Shown here: in pieces, positions 28,185 to 43,941 of the stretch
Layout of the letters: each line of letters opens with the position of its first letter
Position numbering within the stretch: position 1 is the stretch's first letter
NCBI RefSeq assembly: GCF_009834535.1
Contig: NC_045696.1
Location: 76,634,001 to 76,698,000 of the forward strand
DNA length: 64,000 nucleotides
From: Camelus ferus
Lineage: Eukaryota
Reading direction: 5' to 3'
The notes under the pieces: model-generated
The model's input: the letters and a program-made list of their open reading frames with translations, nothing else
Told to the model about the DNA's origin: nothing
Database searches by the model: none
Position numbers and translations under genes: made by a program

Positions 28185-28407
28185 GATGGTACCTTGTTTG
28201 ATGGTCGGCCAATAGAGTCCCTGTCCCTGATAGACGCCGTGATGCCTGATGTAGTACAGACAAGACAGCAAGCTTACAGAGATAAGCTCGCGCAGCAACA
28301 AGCAGCTGCTGCCGCAGCTGCCGCAGCTGCCGCCAGCCAACAAGGCTCTGCAAAAAATGGAGAGAACACAGCAAACGGGGAGGAGAATGGAGCACATACT
28401 ATAGCAA
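28185..28407 (+). CDS. TBL1XR1: TBL1XR1 coding exon 3/14 ([21 protein letters not shown]...poly-Ala...NGAHTIA), 223 nt
   Basis: Acceptor ccacatccag, donor CAA|gtgagc; contained in ORF 28143..28487. Confidence 0.98.
28302..28334 (+). repeat. TBL1XR1: GCN codon repeat encoding an 11-alanine tract
   Basis: GCA GCT GCT GCC GCA GCT GCC GCA GCT GCC GCC. Confidence 0.95.
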
Positions 28408-29007
28408 GTGAGCCGCGACAAGAAGTTTTAAAAATTCCTTTTCAGAAAAAGTGTTTTGTTTTGTGGCATGCCTCATTTTCTAGCTGAAGTAACTAACTGT
28501 TTCATTTATGCCAGCTTGTTCCCCTGATGTGTATTACACAGTTCAGATTGTTATGCCTTACGGCTCTAGAAAGCTAGATTTACTTTCATAGATTTTATTT
28601 TCCTTCTTAAATATTTAGAAACCATTTTTCTACTGTTAAAATGAATTTTGTGTCTGCATTTGATTTCTAAATATAATCTGTAACACTGGTTTTTAACAAA
28701 TAGAATAAAGCTTTAACACAGAGATATAAAGGCAACTCTAATGTTACGTGAATGATATCAGCAACCCCTACTGGCAGAAACTCAGAATAGTGTTGGCATG
28801 GATTATATTTAATTGAAATCATTTTATCTTATCAGCTGTGTTTGGGTCTAACCTTTCACTGTCTTCCTCTTCTGTACACTGTGACCCCTACCTCTGAACA
28901 CATACTCATAGATGTCTCTTTTAAAAGTAGTATGCTCGTGCTTAACTAAAGATGAGAATGTTTTTCATGTGATAGGTAACTGTAGAGTCATTTTCACCAC
29001 TATCTGA

Positions 29008-29292
<285 letters not shown>

Positions 29293-29570
29293 TGAAAATA
29301 TTATACTGAACTGCTACACATTTTATGAATACATTACTTAAATTTTCAGGTGTTTTGTGTTGCTTTTTTGTGGTCATTTTGCCTCTGTAAATCTTTATTT
29401 CTTCATGAAGCAATCTTAGATGTTTTAATTAAACTTAACTTCAGGAGTCCGTGGCTGCCAGAATGAAGACTGAGAAAAATACTGGAAATGAAAATCCCTG
29501 GTAGCCTAGTTTTTGTTTGCTGTATTAATAATAGGATATACATGTGTCGCCTTATTTCTGGAATACTTGA

Positions 29571-29870
<300 letters not shown>

Positions 29871-32331
29871 TAATAACAACAAATTAGGAGTCCCCACCCT
29901 GAAATGCAATGTTAAAAACAAAGACTGGCCTTTCAGTTCCTCAGTTTATCTACCTACAGGATCTCTGTAAAACTGGTGGTCGATTGCTCTCTGCTTCATT
30001 TTCCTCACATGTAAAATATAAGTGTATTAAATGATATCTACTTAAATGACATAATAGATGAAAATCAGTAACAGGCAAATACCAAGTTCTTAACTACTAA
30101 ATCCTTTGCTGGGGGAATAAGAAAAATCTATATAATAAAAACGTGTTCTTGTTTCTCTAATTTTTCTGGGAACTGATGAAAACTTCATTGTCGGCTGCGT
30201 TTTAGGGACTGTTAGTCTAGATTACTTCCAAGCTTTATTCTGGCTGTAGGACTCTTACAGTTCTCCAATTCTATATTGAAACATCATCTTTCAAGGATAA
30301 CTTGACTACTGACTTACCAGAAAATTTTACTTCATTATTGATAGAGCTTCATCACCCTTTCAGTTTCAAATACATGATTAACAGCTTTGTTCCATTCCCA
30401 TGATTAATTTGTGAGAAATTAGCATTTTAAAGTTATTGAATCTTTTTCTTTATTCCATGTTGTCTTTTTCCTTCCTTGTAACTTTGCAACCATTTTTTTT
30501 TAAACCGTCCCCACCGTCCCCCAACCCACATTCTAAGAAGACTCTAAGACTATGTCAGTGACACCAGGAATTTTAGGGGTCAGCTGTCCTTCCATTAAGT
30601 GAACATCCTTTCCTTCTCTGGCCTCTGTTTACCAACTTTTTGTGGGGCTTTCCAAAGAGTCTTCCAAGTCTCATTCCAAAGAATGAGATCTGTTTTTAAC
30701 AATGATTGCTCTAGCTAAAGTTCTCGGTTTCTGTGAAATTCTTCCAGAACTCATAGGCAGGTTTTTTGGTGTTTTCTTCCAACTTTCCAACAATGTTTTT
30801 ATCCTTCCCCTTCTATAAAGCTGGTAATTCTAAAAATGAAGAGGTTTAGCTCATTTCAGTATTACTTGGTTACAGGGTCAGAACTGAAAACTGTCTTCTT
30901 AATATGGGACCTTACTGTACCACAGGGCAAAGGCTTTGTAGCCTTCTTGAGCTATTTGGCTCGGAGACCATGTTAATTTAATGAAATTTACAGGTAACAC
31001 TGAAAAGGATGGTTAACAGATGATTTGTTGAGCAAGGTGGTTCTGAACTGCAAGTTAAAGGTTTTTTAAAAAGTGTGTACTTTTCAGATTTATTATTCAC
31101 AATGAATTTAAATCTTCTACTAAAATGGGAAAACATTATTGTTGATTGATGGTTCTTTCCCATGACTACAGTAAGAGCCTGTGAGGTGTCTGATCATTCC
31201 TACTTTAGTGGTCCATGAACTAAAACATTTGGGGACCGTTAGTTTAAAGGAAACTTTCCATTGTACAGAGCTGTTGGCTTCAACGTTGCCCCTTCTTCCT
31301 AAGGTAGAGCCATAGGGGATTTCCAAATCTGGCAAAACTTAATCTACTACCCCTAGAACCAGCATTTATTTGTCACTTACCTGTACAGCTAAATGGCTTG
31401 AGAGGTCTGAAAAAGGCTTTATTGTTTTCAGTGCCGTTAATAATAGTATCGCAAAAGTACTAAGGCTAGATTTCATTCTGTTTCTCCAGTAACATTTTAC
31501 TCATCCCAGAAACAGTTCAATGCACCCTGTAACTAGCATTTCCATGGAGGAAGTTAGAATTGTCCTTCACTGTACCATTAATCAAGGCAGGGCATAGTAA
31601 GGGAATTACCAGATTAGAGAAACTGGGATGATTTCTCCTCGTGGAGGGTAGTGCAGGAAGTTGTGCTCACTCCATTACCTATAAAGTCATCCTACACTCT
31701 CTTCTGGTTATTTTTTTTAAGGTTGCTGTTTTTATTGGTGAGGATTTCATACTGGGAAAGAATTAACAAAGGGAAGAAACATTCAGTGATATTTAAGGAT
31801 CTGGTCATCTGAAACAACAATATTGTTTGGATCACACACACATGCACAATTCAGACAGTAAAAGATTTAGAGGGAGGACCATATAAAAAACATGTAATCG
31901 TAATGAAATATTTTGGGCAATTTTGCTTTTTACTTTTATTAAATCATTGTAACATTATGATTTTGATGTCCTTCCCACGAACCACCCCCCACCCCCATCT
32001 TCAGTCGTGCGCATGTGTGAGAATATAGGTGCACCTTAGCATGCTTAGCATGCATGAGAGTGATACTGATCCTGCTCCAGAGTAGTCCCTGCCATCCTTG
32101 AGGTTTGAATGTGCGGGGCTCACAGTGACCAGATGCTGCCAAACTACCAGCTTCATGGCAATGAAGGGTTGCTTCATAGGCCTTTGTTGACACTTCAGGA
32201 TAAGCGAAACTGAAGGTTTTGAAGCAGAGAAATTCACAGATCTGCTATACCTGGGATTTAAGCATGAAGTATTCTAACATTAAATGCTCTTTCTGGATTA
32301 TATAATTGAAAGAAGTGTGTTTCTCTGACAG

Positions 32332-32395
32332 AGTGAAGGTACACTTCTAGCAACTGGTTCCTATGATGGGTTTGCCAGAATATGGACAAAAGATG
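32332..32395 (+). CDS. TBL1XR1: TBL1XR1 coding exon 6/14 (SEGTLLATGSYDGFARIWTKD), 64 nt
   Basis: Acceptor tttctctgacag, donor ATG|gtaaat. Confidence 0.97.
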
Positions 32396-32481
32396 GTAAA
32401 TGAAGCATTTTTCTTTTCATTTGCTGTTATTGTTGAACTAAATTACAAAGCTTAAAGTAATTTTAATGTTTTTCCTTTTGA

Positions 32482-32604
<123 letters not shown>

Positions 32605-33510
32605 TAACTTTTGTAAAGATTAATTTGTTAAAGAGTGTAATTGAAAATACTGACCACAAGTACTAGAGTGACTAGATGAGGAATCTTAGAGCCAGTCTGT
32701 TAGCTGAACTCCTGATGCTTAATTGTGAAAATGTAAGAAATGCCATATCTTTCCAGCTCTTTTCACCTCATGAGGCTGCTAAATATAGTTAGGTCAAAGC
32801 GTGGCCTTCTTTCTCCTTCATTTTTTTAAAGTTATTTCCTTTACCACACCTCCCGAAATGGATACAAGATTTAAGATTATTTTAATCCAGGAAAGTACAT
32901 GCTCATCTTTAACTGAGTGTGTTGCTGAAAGGGAAGTAGAGAGAAAAAGGGAAGAGAAGTGAAGGGTGCCAGGAATGGGAAGAAAAACCCTTATTAATCG
33001 TTACTGCCATTGTAAAATACTTTATGACCGCAAAATTATAAAATTAGTGATGTGAGGGTATTAAAGGAATTAAGACTATGTGCATTCAGATTTGTATATC
33101 ATACTTTGATTGTAATATATAAGACAGTTTTAATTATTCTCAAAATTCAACCTGCCTTTGTATGTAAATGTGAGCTTTATAAATCTTAATATTGGGAATT
33201 AGCTGATTATTAACCAGGCATTCGCCTCCTTATAGTTTAAATAGCTGTAAAAATCTTTGGAGTTTCTTAAGCAGTCTCATATAATGTCTGGTACTTTGTG
33301 GACAACCAGTAATTATTATTTGAAGTAAGTTGACTGATGAAAAATCACCAGAGAAAAATTAAACTGGTTAATAATAATTTCCCCCCAAAATGGTTTATAG
33401 CCTCATTTTACTAATGGTAAATGTTACAAAGTTAAATGCACACTGTTGTTTCATATTGCTTTAATATAGTTAGGCACCTAATTTATGCATCTGTGATAAG
33501 TTCCTTTTAA

Positions 33511-33624
<114 letters not shown>

Positions 33625-33844
33625 TAAGAACTATGGTTTTCTTTTATTTTTCTAATTAAACTTAATAGCGTATAATTCATTTAAAATCTTGAAATATCAA
33701 CTATCAATCTTGTTACCAGTTCTTTGAGGAGTTGATGTTCCATGACTTTTAGATTGTTAATTGTCAGAGGATCATCAGACATTTTCTGTGAAATGTAGCA
33801 TATAAAAGCATTTGCAGCCTGGTGCAATTAGGGTTGGTATTATT

Positions 33845-34030
33845 TAATGGTATAAGAACATAGATTTTTGAATCAGGAGGTCTAGGTTTGATTGTCAGTT
33901 CCACCCCACTTAACAAGTCATTTAACCTTTCTGAGCCTCATTTTCTCTATCTGTAAATGAGGGATAGAAGTAATACCATTTGTTAAGAGGATAAGACTAA
34001 TGTATATGAAAATATTGTATCAACTCCTAC
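33845..34030 (+). mobile_element. MIR SINE
   Basis: MIR core caagtcatttaacctttctgagcctcattttctctatctgtaaatgagggata. Confidence 0.75.
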
Positions 34031-34989
34031 AAATTTAGATACTGTCATTTTTCATTTTGGGTTTATGTATCTAAATCATTTCTGCTGTTGTACCTGAAAT
34101 GATGCAGGCTTTCCTGCTATCGCTGGCACTTTGGTGCTTTAGATGGCTTTCTCTTTTAAGAAGTAGTTTGATCCTTATATCTAATAAATCTGACCCTCAA
34201 GACAGTGTGCTCCTTTCTCCATGGTACACAGCCATGCACCAGGGCATGCATACATCCTGTGTAGGCAGCTGGATTTTAGTGCCCGTTCCCCTGCCTAGAA
34301 CTTTTGTGCCTGCTTTCAGGGAACTTCCTCATGACAGTTAACTGATGCTAAACTGGAATGAGATACCTAACTATTAAAACAGTAGTTTTAGTACTGCCTG
34401 ATTTAACTGCTTCTTTCAAGATTTTGTTGTGTTTGGGAAGAGTTCTGAATTGGAGACTGACTTAAGTAACTGGTTATTTTCAAATCTTTGGTAACAACCC
34501 TTTTTACATAAAGCTGACATTTTGCTTTTTTGTATTTCTCCATTTAACGTGATTAAACAAGCCAAATAAGGTACAACATGATTTTTCAGTAATATCTGAA
34601 TAACAATTTTGCAAGCATTATGTTGCACAGTTCAGCTTAAGACTGGCCACATTAATAAGCATTTACACATCAGTTTTTACCTGTTTTATTTTCTCTTCAC
34701 CTTTGTTTCTAGTCCTTACTTAGATAGAATTCTCTTAGACCTCTGGCTGTTCTGCCTAAAAGTTTCTCCTACCTCCTAGGAGTGTTGGAAAATTGAAACA
34801 AGTGTACATGTGACGCTGTTAGTAGCTACCATAAAGTGTGTACTACCTTTGGGCTGAAGTTGACACTCTTTGTATATACATGATCCCGTTTAGTTTTGTC
34901 TACAGCCCAGTGAGGTAGATGGTGTTGAAGTCATTTTACAAATAAATAAGCTTTTTACCCATAATGTTCTTTCTGCCATGCTTTTTGAC

Positions 34990-37900
34990 CACATTCAAGA
35001 CAATGAATACATCCGTTTGCTTCAGAAGTTTCTTTCTGCCCCTTTGAAATCATTCCCTTCCTCTTCCCCAGGCAACCACTGATAGTCTTTCTGTCACCAG
35101 AAATTAGTTTACATTATGTAAATAGAATCACATAGTGTCTGTTCTTTTTTTGGTCTAGTTTCTTTCACTCTGCATAATTATTTTACATTCCTTTTGATTT
35201 ATGAGTAGTATTCATTATGTTGATATACCAGTTTATTTATTTATTTACCTGTTGACTCAAGTTTGATGTGTCCAGGTTTTAGCTATTACAAAAAAAACTG
35301 CTATCAATATTCATGTACAAGTCTTTTTATATGATCTTGTGTTTTTGTTTCTCTTCTGTAAAGACTTAGGGATGTAATGGCTAGATATATGGTAGGTACA
35401 TGTTTAACTTGTTAATAAACTGCCAAACTTTTTTCCAAAGTTTATGTTTTCCAAACTGGTTTACATTCTCAACAGCAGTGGGTAATCCAGCCCCTCCATA
35501 TCCTTGCCAGCACTTCGTATGTGGTCAGACTTTTTACTTGTAGCCACACTAATAAGTATGTAGTGGTGTCTCAATGTGTTTTTCATTTGCATTTTCTAAT
35601 GACTAATAATGTTGAGCATCTCTTTGTCATATGCTAATTTACCATCTGTATATCTTCTTTGGCGAAGTGTCTATTCAAATCTTTGGATTTTTAATTGTTT
35701 ATTGTTTTCTTATTGTTGAGTTTTGTGAGCTCTTTATATGTTCTGGATACAAGTCCTTTATCAAGTATTTACAAATATTGTCTCACAGTCTGTGACTTGT
35801 CTTTGCATTGTTTTGGCAGTGTCCCTCAAAGATCAGATGTTATTAATGTTAATGAATTCCTTAATTTATTAAGTTGTTCATTTATATCTTATGCTTTGTG
35901 TCAATCTAATTTGCTGTTTTTCTGTTTGCTTGATGTGGAAGTTGGGGTCAATGGTTTGAGACCTTCCTGCTTTTCTAATAATGGATATTTAGTGCTATAA
36001 ATTTAACTTTAACTACTACTTAGTGACATCTCACAATTTTTTATATGTTGTGTTTTCATTCAGTTCAAAATCTTTTTTAGTTTAATTTTTATTTCTTCTT
36101 TGACCCATGGGTTATTTAGAAGTATGCTAATTTCAGATTATTTAGGAAATTTCCCAAGAACTTTGTAATACTGATTTGTGATTTAATTCCATTGTTCCCA
36201 TAAATGTCATTTAGGTCAAGGTTTTTGATAATGTTGTTCAAATCTTTTATAGCCCTTACTGAATTTTCTTTCTACTCATGCTGTCTGTTACTGAGAAGAG
36301 GGATATTGAAATCATCTACAATAACTGGAAAATAGTAATTTTTGTTTTTGAAGCTCTGTCCATTTTTGCCTCATGTAGTTTGAAACAATGTTATTAGAGG
36401 CATGAACATTTAGGAATGGTGCATCCTTATGTTGAATTTACCCCTTTACTATTTTGTTTAAGACCCTCGTTTTCCCATTTCGTTTTCTGTGCTTTGAAAT
36501 CTACCTTCTCTGATATTAATATAGCCCTTCCAGTTTTCTTTTGGTTAGTGTTGGCATGGTATGTATTTCTCCATGCTTTTACTTTCAGTCTCTTGATGTC
36601 TTTATATTTGAAATGTATTTTCTGTATGTGCCATATATTGCTTATTCATAAAATATTAACATCTGCCTTTTAATGGCAGTATTTACGCTACTTATGTTTA
36701 ATAGAATTACTGATTGCAACTAGATTATAGTTCTATTTATCTATTCTTTTCCTATTTTTTGCTTCCATTTGGAGTAATTGAATATTTTTATGATTGTATT
36801 TTTTATTTGGTGGGCTATTAACTATAAATCTTTCATTTTTATGGTTGCATTGTCATTTATAGTACACATTAATTTAACACCATCTGCCTTCAAGTGATAT
36901 TTTAAAGGCATTAAATAATAAAATAATTTTTCTCATGTCGTAACCATTTCCAACTCTTCATTCCTTTGCATACATGGTTTGATATGGTAGCATTTATCTT
37001 CTGCCTGAACTGCTTTAACATTCCTTATAGTGCAAATCTAATGTTGATGAATTTTTAAAATTTTGATATATATGAGTAGATCTTTATTTCACCTTCATTT
37101 TTGAAAGATATTTTTTCAGTACTTTAAGGAAAATGTTGCTCTATTCTCTTATTTACCTAATTTCCAACTTAACTTGCTAACATTTTCATCCTTATTTCTC
37201 TGTACGTAATTTGTTTTGTTTTCTCTGGCTGCTTTTAAAATTTTCTTTTTAATCATTGATTTTAAACAATTTGAGTATGTTGTACCTTGGTTTAGTTTTC
37301 TTTATGTTTCATGTCCTTGGAGCTTCTTGGATGTATTTGTTCATAGTTTTCTTCAAATTTGAAAACTTTTGACCATTATTTTTTTTTAAATGTATTCCCC
37401 CCCCCCCCACTTTTTAACCTGAAATTCTGTGTATGTTTATTAATCTGCTTGATGTCCCACAGTACACTGATGATCTGTTCATTTCTTTATTCAGTCTTTC
37501 TCTGTTGGCTTAAAAAAATTTTTTTTTAATAGTTCCTTTGCTGTTTTCAAGGTCACGGGTTTTTTTCTTCTGTAATATCTAATCTTCAGTTCATCCATCC
37601 AGTACATTTCTACCTCACATGTTTCAGTTTTAATCTGTAGAAGTTTAATTTAGGTCTTTTCTACATCTTCCATGTCTCTACTTAACTGTTTGAACATGTG
37701 ATAGGTAGCTACAAGTGCTTGACTGTCTGTCTGCTGACTCTGACATCTCTGTCTGTTCTGGGTCACTTCCGATGATTTGATTTTTCTCCTCATCTCAGTG
37801 ATATTTTCCTGTATCTTTGCATGCCTTTTTACTTTTGATTAGAAGTGAGACATTGTGAATTTTACCTTGTTGCTTGCTGGGTATTTTTGTATTCTTGTAA

Positions 37901-38540
37901 GTGTCTGTGAACTTTGTTCTGGAACACAGAAATGGTTTGAGCCTTTTGGATCATACTTATAAGATATGTTAAATGGCAGTGAAACAGTGCTCACTGTAGG
38001 ACTGATTATTTCCTGACTAGTACCAGGCAAGGACCTAAGTGTACTCTAATCAGTACTCCATGAGTTAAGACGTTTTCTATTCCGGTGTACCCTTGAGTAT
38101 CAGACATTGTTCCTTTTAATTCTGTTGAGTGGTTTTCCCCCAGGTCTCAGCTAGTGTCTTCACATGCTCGTGCTCATTAGTACTCAGCTAAATTTGTGAG
38201 TAGGGCCTGCTGCAGATCTTCAGAATTCTCTGCTGTGTGGCTGTCACTTTTCCTGTACTTTTTCCCATGAATTCTAGCTGCCTTTGTCTCCCCAGATCCT
38301 CAGCTTTATCCCTTCAGCTCAGGAATTTCACTGGACTCTGCCTAGGGAGGTTCCTCTTCCTTGTGCCAAGTTATAAAGGCACATGTTTGGTTGATTTTTT
38401 TTTTTTTTCTGTCAGGAATCACTGTCCTTTGTTGCCTGATGTCCAGAGTCTTAAACTGTTATTTTACGTATTTTGTAGTTTTTTTGGTTGTTTGGAGCAC
38501 AAGGTAAATTTGGTCCGTGTTACTCCGTCTTAACCAGAAA
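34990..38540 (-). mobile_element. Cluster of old antisense L1M fragments
   Basis: T-rich L1 antisense motifs: ccaggcaaccactgat, tttcatttgcattttctaatgactaataatgttgagcatct, ttctggatacaagtccttta, ttcaccttcatttttgaaagatattttt. Confidence 0.7.
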
Positions 38541-38669
38541 TGAAAGTCTACCATGCTTTCCAAACTACCATATTTTAATTCTTATACTCTATTTTCTTCC
38601 ATATACACTCTTACATAAAGCATAAATCATGATTATATATGAGTCATAATGAGTTACCTTACCACTTTA

Positions 38670-39465
38670 TACCCATTCAATGGCAATAAAAAACAATGTT
38701 TAGGATAATGTGGAGAAATTAGAATCCTTATACTCTGCTAGCAGGTATGGAAAATGGTATAAGTCATTGTGGGAAACAATATGACAGTTCCTCGAAAAGC
38801 TGAACATAGAAATACCATATGACTCAGTAATTCTGCTGCTAGGTATATATCCAAAAGAGTTGAAAGCAGGTACTTGAACAGATTCTTGTATGTCAGTGTT
38901 CATACCAGCATTATTCACCAGAGGATGGGAACAGCCTACTGTCCATCAGCAGATGAATGGATAAACAGAATGTAGTCTATAAGTACAATGCATTATTATT
39001 CAGCCATAAAAATAAATGAAGTTCTGACACATGCTATAATACAAGAGAACTTGTACACATTATGCTAAGTGAAATAAATGAGACACAAGAGGGTAAAGAG
39101 TGTGGTTCTACTTATGTGAAGTAGTCAGAATAGGCAGATTCATAGAGACAAAAAGTAAAACTTTGAGATTATCAGGGGCTAGGAGGAGGGAGAAATTTAA
39201 TTATTGCTTAATGGGTTGCAGAGTTTCTGTTTGGGGTGATGAAAAAGTTTTGGAAATAGTGGTGATGGTTGCACAACATTTTGAATGTATTTGATACCAT
39301 TGAATTTTACACTTAATAAAATGACAAGTTTTATATATGACCACAATATTTTTAAATTATTAATATAACATACTAAAAACCATTGAATTGAATTGCACGC
39401 TTTAAATGAGTGAAATTTATGTTACGTGAATTGTACCTCAGTGGAGCTGTTTATTAAAAAAAGCA
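38670..39465 (+). mobile_element. L1MB-like 3' end (ORF2 end plus 3'UTR), sense
   Basis: aacatagaaataccatatgactcagtaattc...gtccatcagcagatgaatggataaac...tatgctaagtgaaataa...gatgaaaaagttttggaaatag. Confidence 0.8.
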
Positions 39466-40794
39466 AATGAATAATAAATGTTGTTTCCCCCTTTCCTTAT
39501 AGGTTTGTTACCTTTTAAATTATGAAGGATGCATGGGTTAACAAAAAAATTAGAATTGGAGCACACAGAAATTTAATCTTAGCTCCAGGAATTTAAAAGA
39601 TTGTGTAACCCTAGGCAAATAAAGTTTTCTTAGCCCCTTTCATCCCGTGTAAAAGGAGACAGTAGCACAAACACACCTCTCACACATTATCTATGTAAAA
39701 GTACATTTTATGTAAGAGACATGTTTCTATCCTGAAGAACCTGTGTTACCTAGACTCATCTTAGGAATAAATATAAAGCAAGGAGGTATATGGTCTTAGA
39801 TTATACCAAACTGTGGTCGTTGTGTTTTAGGAGCCAGGTGTATCACAGAAGCATTAGTCCTGCAGCTCATGTTGTAGCATTCCCTAGCTTTTTCCAGTTA
39901 TCTTTGCCTGGTTATACAGTTTGTTTCTGTTTTGTTCTGAACCTGATGGTGTATTTGTTTGAGAGCTACTTCTGATTTTCTTAGCCTCCCGTCTAATATT
40001 TCACAGATGGTTCTCTACCACATTAACACCTGCTGCAGCATGGCAGATCCTAGGCCTTTTGCATAGCATGTTGTTACACCTTTAATTGTCTTTTGAATTA
40101 GCTAGATTTGCAAGCCTCCCCACCCCGCCCTCCCCCCACCTCTTCTCAACACTAAAACAAATTATTTACCAAAGAAACGTTTTGTTAAGAATGTTTTTGA
40201 AATTATGTCTTAAGTAATAATATTTAATGTCAGAATGAAGGTGTTTTAGTTGCTGAATCCAATGCCAGGTACAAAAACAGAATCTAAACCAGGTAATCCC
40301 AGAAAGGGAATATAATACTAGGAAATAGTGGCAGAAGTATTGCCAAGAGTGAAAAATAGAGGAAGGTGAGGTAACCCAGAGTTTAACAACTGCGGTAAAC
40401 CTGAGACTGTAGAGAAGATAGGATCCAAACACCCAGTGGGAATGAGGACTTTAGAGGAGAGGCTGCCTGGCAAGAACGGGCACCATGGAGTAGTCCTGTC
40501 ACCACCAGAAGCCCAGCCTGCAAGAACGGTGACAGCGGAAGTGCCCGGCTGCTCTTTCCCCTGGCCCTGGGCTCATGGCAGTGTCTTCCCCTGGACGAAC
40601 CCCTCTGGACACCTGCAGGCACAGGGGCCTGGGATGTGTGATTTGCAGGAGGCAGTCCCCTGGGGTCAGGGCACAGCAGGGCAAAGCGTGGTAAGGACTG
40701 GACCCAGGGTCATCTGCGCTGCTCTAGGAAGTTGTGATGCAGAGTCCACGCACAGTGCTCATCACAGTTGGACTGTATTTTTGTTTCCTGACTG

Positions 40795-41035
40795 ATTTCC
40801 TCAGATTCTCCCAGAAGCAGACTTTGAGTGAAGTGATTTATTTAAAAATCCTTCCCAGGAGAAACAAGTGAGGAACTCTGTGTGGGAAGCAGAAGGGAAA
40901 AGCGGGAAGGAGCCAAGGAAGGGAGCAGTTTCTGGTGAAGAAGCCCAGTCCCATCCTGATCAGGCAGGGCCCTGGAGTGCTTGTTACACCTCAGGATCTG
41001 CCTCATCTTGAGCCAAGGGCGCTGATCTCCCCTTC
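40795..41035. mobile_element. Possible ERVL-type LTR fragment (LTR16/LTR33-like)
   Basis: ttctcccagaagcagactttgag...gatttattt...gggaagcag...ggaaggagccaag; GC-rich block relative to the intron. Confidence 0.4.
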
Positions 41036-41895
41036 ACCCCGCTACCTACCGCCTGCTCTAAATCTGTTTTTTTTTTTTTTTTTTTGGCATGCTTCTATTG
41101 CTTAACCCAATTACTTGCTATCATTACCTTAATCTGCATTGCTAATTATAGAGAGCCTTTGCACTATGCAGCAGGGGAAAATGAAAGGAAAGAATCTTTA
41201 ATCATATCAGAGCTAAAATAAGTATTAAATGCCAGCTGGCTTTTGGGCCTCTGAGGTTTTAAATTCAATGATGTAGATTTTAAGAGGGATTTGACAAGAA
41301 TCACCTAGAAGAAAATCTATTTGCGATTCATGGAATATTCCACTTATTAGCTGAGTAGATAATGGAAATGATAACTTACACAGTGTAACACCCGTCTAAC
41401 TTGTAATTTACGAAGTACTTTTCATACGCATTATCTAACTTGGTTTTCACAATATCCTTCTGTACTAAGCTTAAAGGTTTTATCCGCCCCCCACCCCCCG
41501 CTTTTTTTAATTAGAAAAATAACATGCGAGGTTAGATGACTTGCTTAGGGCTCACTGGTTTTGGAGTGCCAGAACCAAGGCTGCTTATTCATTGAACATT
41601 CACAGAATTTGAGAAATAAAAGGAAGGTAAAGCATCACATTTAATTTTATCATTTTACAAATGAGGAACCAAGAATCCAGTGCTAGTAGTTTACAGAGTG
41701 GGTTCTAAGGAGCCCTAATCTCCTGGTGACTAGGCCAGTGTACTTTCTGCTGGATAGCTAAACTGAAATTTATTAATATTTGTGATGTTTAGATACTGTG
41801 ATTTTTAAAAATTCTGTTAGTATCTTTAAAAAGTATAAAGTGAAATATTTAGATTCCTATTAGTGTCCTTAATGATTTCAGTACATGCAGACTGA

Positions 41896-42087
<192 letters not shown>

Positions 42088-42188
42088 TAAGTAATGTTTC
42101 AGAGTGGTTTTGAAGTAAGTATGTTTAATACCCGAAGAGTAGCCAAGTCTATAAAGTGAAAATGTCTGTATTTACCTGTTATTTTTAG

Positions 42189-42356
<168 letters not shown>

Positions 42357-43941
42357 TGATACTTAAATGTAGCTAAGGACTTACTCTACTTTTTAATGAT
42401 CATTGTTTTTTATATTTTCTTTTGTGAATTATTTCAGATGTTTGAATATAGCAAATAAGTTATATTTTAAAAAATGACTATGATGGGAATTATAATACTA
42501 AGGTTTGTGCTGTTATAATTTGTCTTCACTATTAGAAAGTCATATATTGGTACATGTAAAGATCTGACTCATAAGTAGTGAAGATCTTTGTAGTATTCAC
42601 GGGTTTGACTGAAATTCTGCGAATTGTATTAATTTGATTTTGCTGTGGTATGAACATGTATAACCCTTGCTGGGAAACTGGTACGTAGCAGAGAATCATT
42701 TAACTGGTGAGTGAGCCTAGCTGACGTGTCAGTATCCACATCTCAACCTTCATTTATGCTTTTCTTGTTGTGTTAACTAAAAGCAAAACTAATACCTTGC
42801 CCCTTCACACATCACACACCAGCGTTAGAGGGGAGAAAAAGCATTTTGAGATAAAGAACAACCTAATACTAACCTTCTGAATTAATGATGCTTGAGCCCT
42901 TTCTTTCATCATGCTAAGTCTACTGAAAATAACTTACCTTTGACTTTGCAATGCCATTGACTGCAGACGTAATGACCCTTACCAGTAGGATACTCATGGG
43001 GGAAACTGCTTTTTCTCTTCCCATGAGCAGACTAAATATAACCTTGGTAAACCTGATGGTTTTTTTCTTTAAATACCTGCTATGTTTTTAAGTTAGATAG
43101 GTGATTTTCCTCAAGCCTGGGCTCCCTTGCAAACATTGCTAGTAAAAATACTTTTCTTCACACTTACGTTTGTGAGATTGCTTTGCACACACCATATTTA
43201 ACACTTATCAAATGGAGGGGCTTCTGGAACAGAGTATGGCCCATATGAGGGAGTGAAAGAAGGCCCATGGCGAGAGAGCCCACTATCAGGGGTTGAGTTG
43301 CAATTAGAGAAGTTTAAACTAGAAAGTGGTAGAGAGCTTTTCTTTGTTCTAAGAATAGTAAAAGGTCATAGAATTTTAAAGCAGAAACTAGAAGGATGGA
43401 TAATGTCTAGTGAAGCCATGTTCTGCAAACAGGGAAAAGCAAATTAGTGAGGAGAATGTATACAACTTGTACAGTGCTTTTGAGTCATGGAAGTGAAGAT
43501 GCTAGATGGATCTGATGCTCAGAGAACAGCTCTAAGCTTGACATAAAATTTAGGGAATTCTCAGCAGATTCTCGGGTGGTCATTCAAAGCCATGAGCATG
43601 GACAAAATTGTGTAGGTAGAAAGTATAGAGTAAGAGAAGATGAAACCTAATACAGTCTTAAGAAACATCAACATTTACCAGCTCAAGAGAAATGAGCTTC
43701 CAAAAGGAAACCTTAGAAGGAATGACCTCAGTGGAAACTGTAAAGAGTATTTCAAGGAAGGTAATGGTTTAGAGTGATCAGTAGTATCAGTGCTATTGAA
43801 AGGTCAAATGAAATATGTTTTGGAAACATACTTTTTGGATTTATTTACATGGAGTTATATATACCTAGGATACAAAAACATTATGATACTGCTTTGTTAT
43901 CTCTTACTAGTTATATTGCAGAAGTGTGAAGCCTGGCTAAT

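Noticed and set aside
28146..28421. Antisense ORFs over the poly-Ala exon
   Set aside because: Shadow ORFs produced by the stop-poor GCN repeat of the sense exon.
40436..40795. 119-aa ORF and overlapping minus-strand ORFs
   Set aside because: They lie in a GC-rich, probably LTR-derived patch where stops are scarce; no recognisable domain or splice support.
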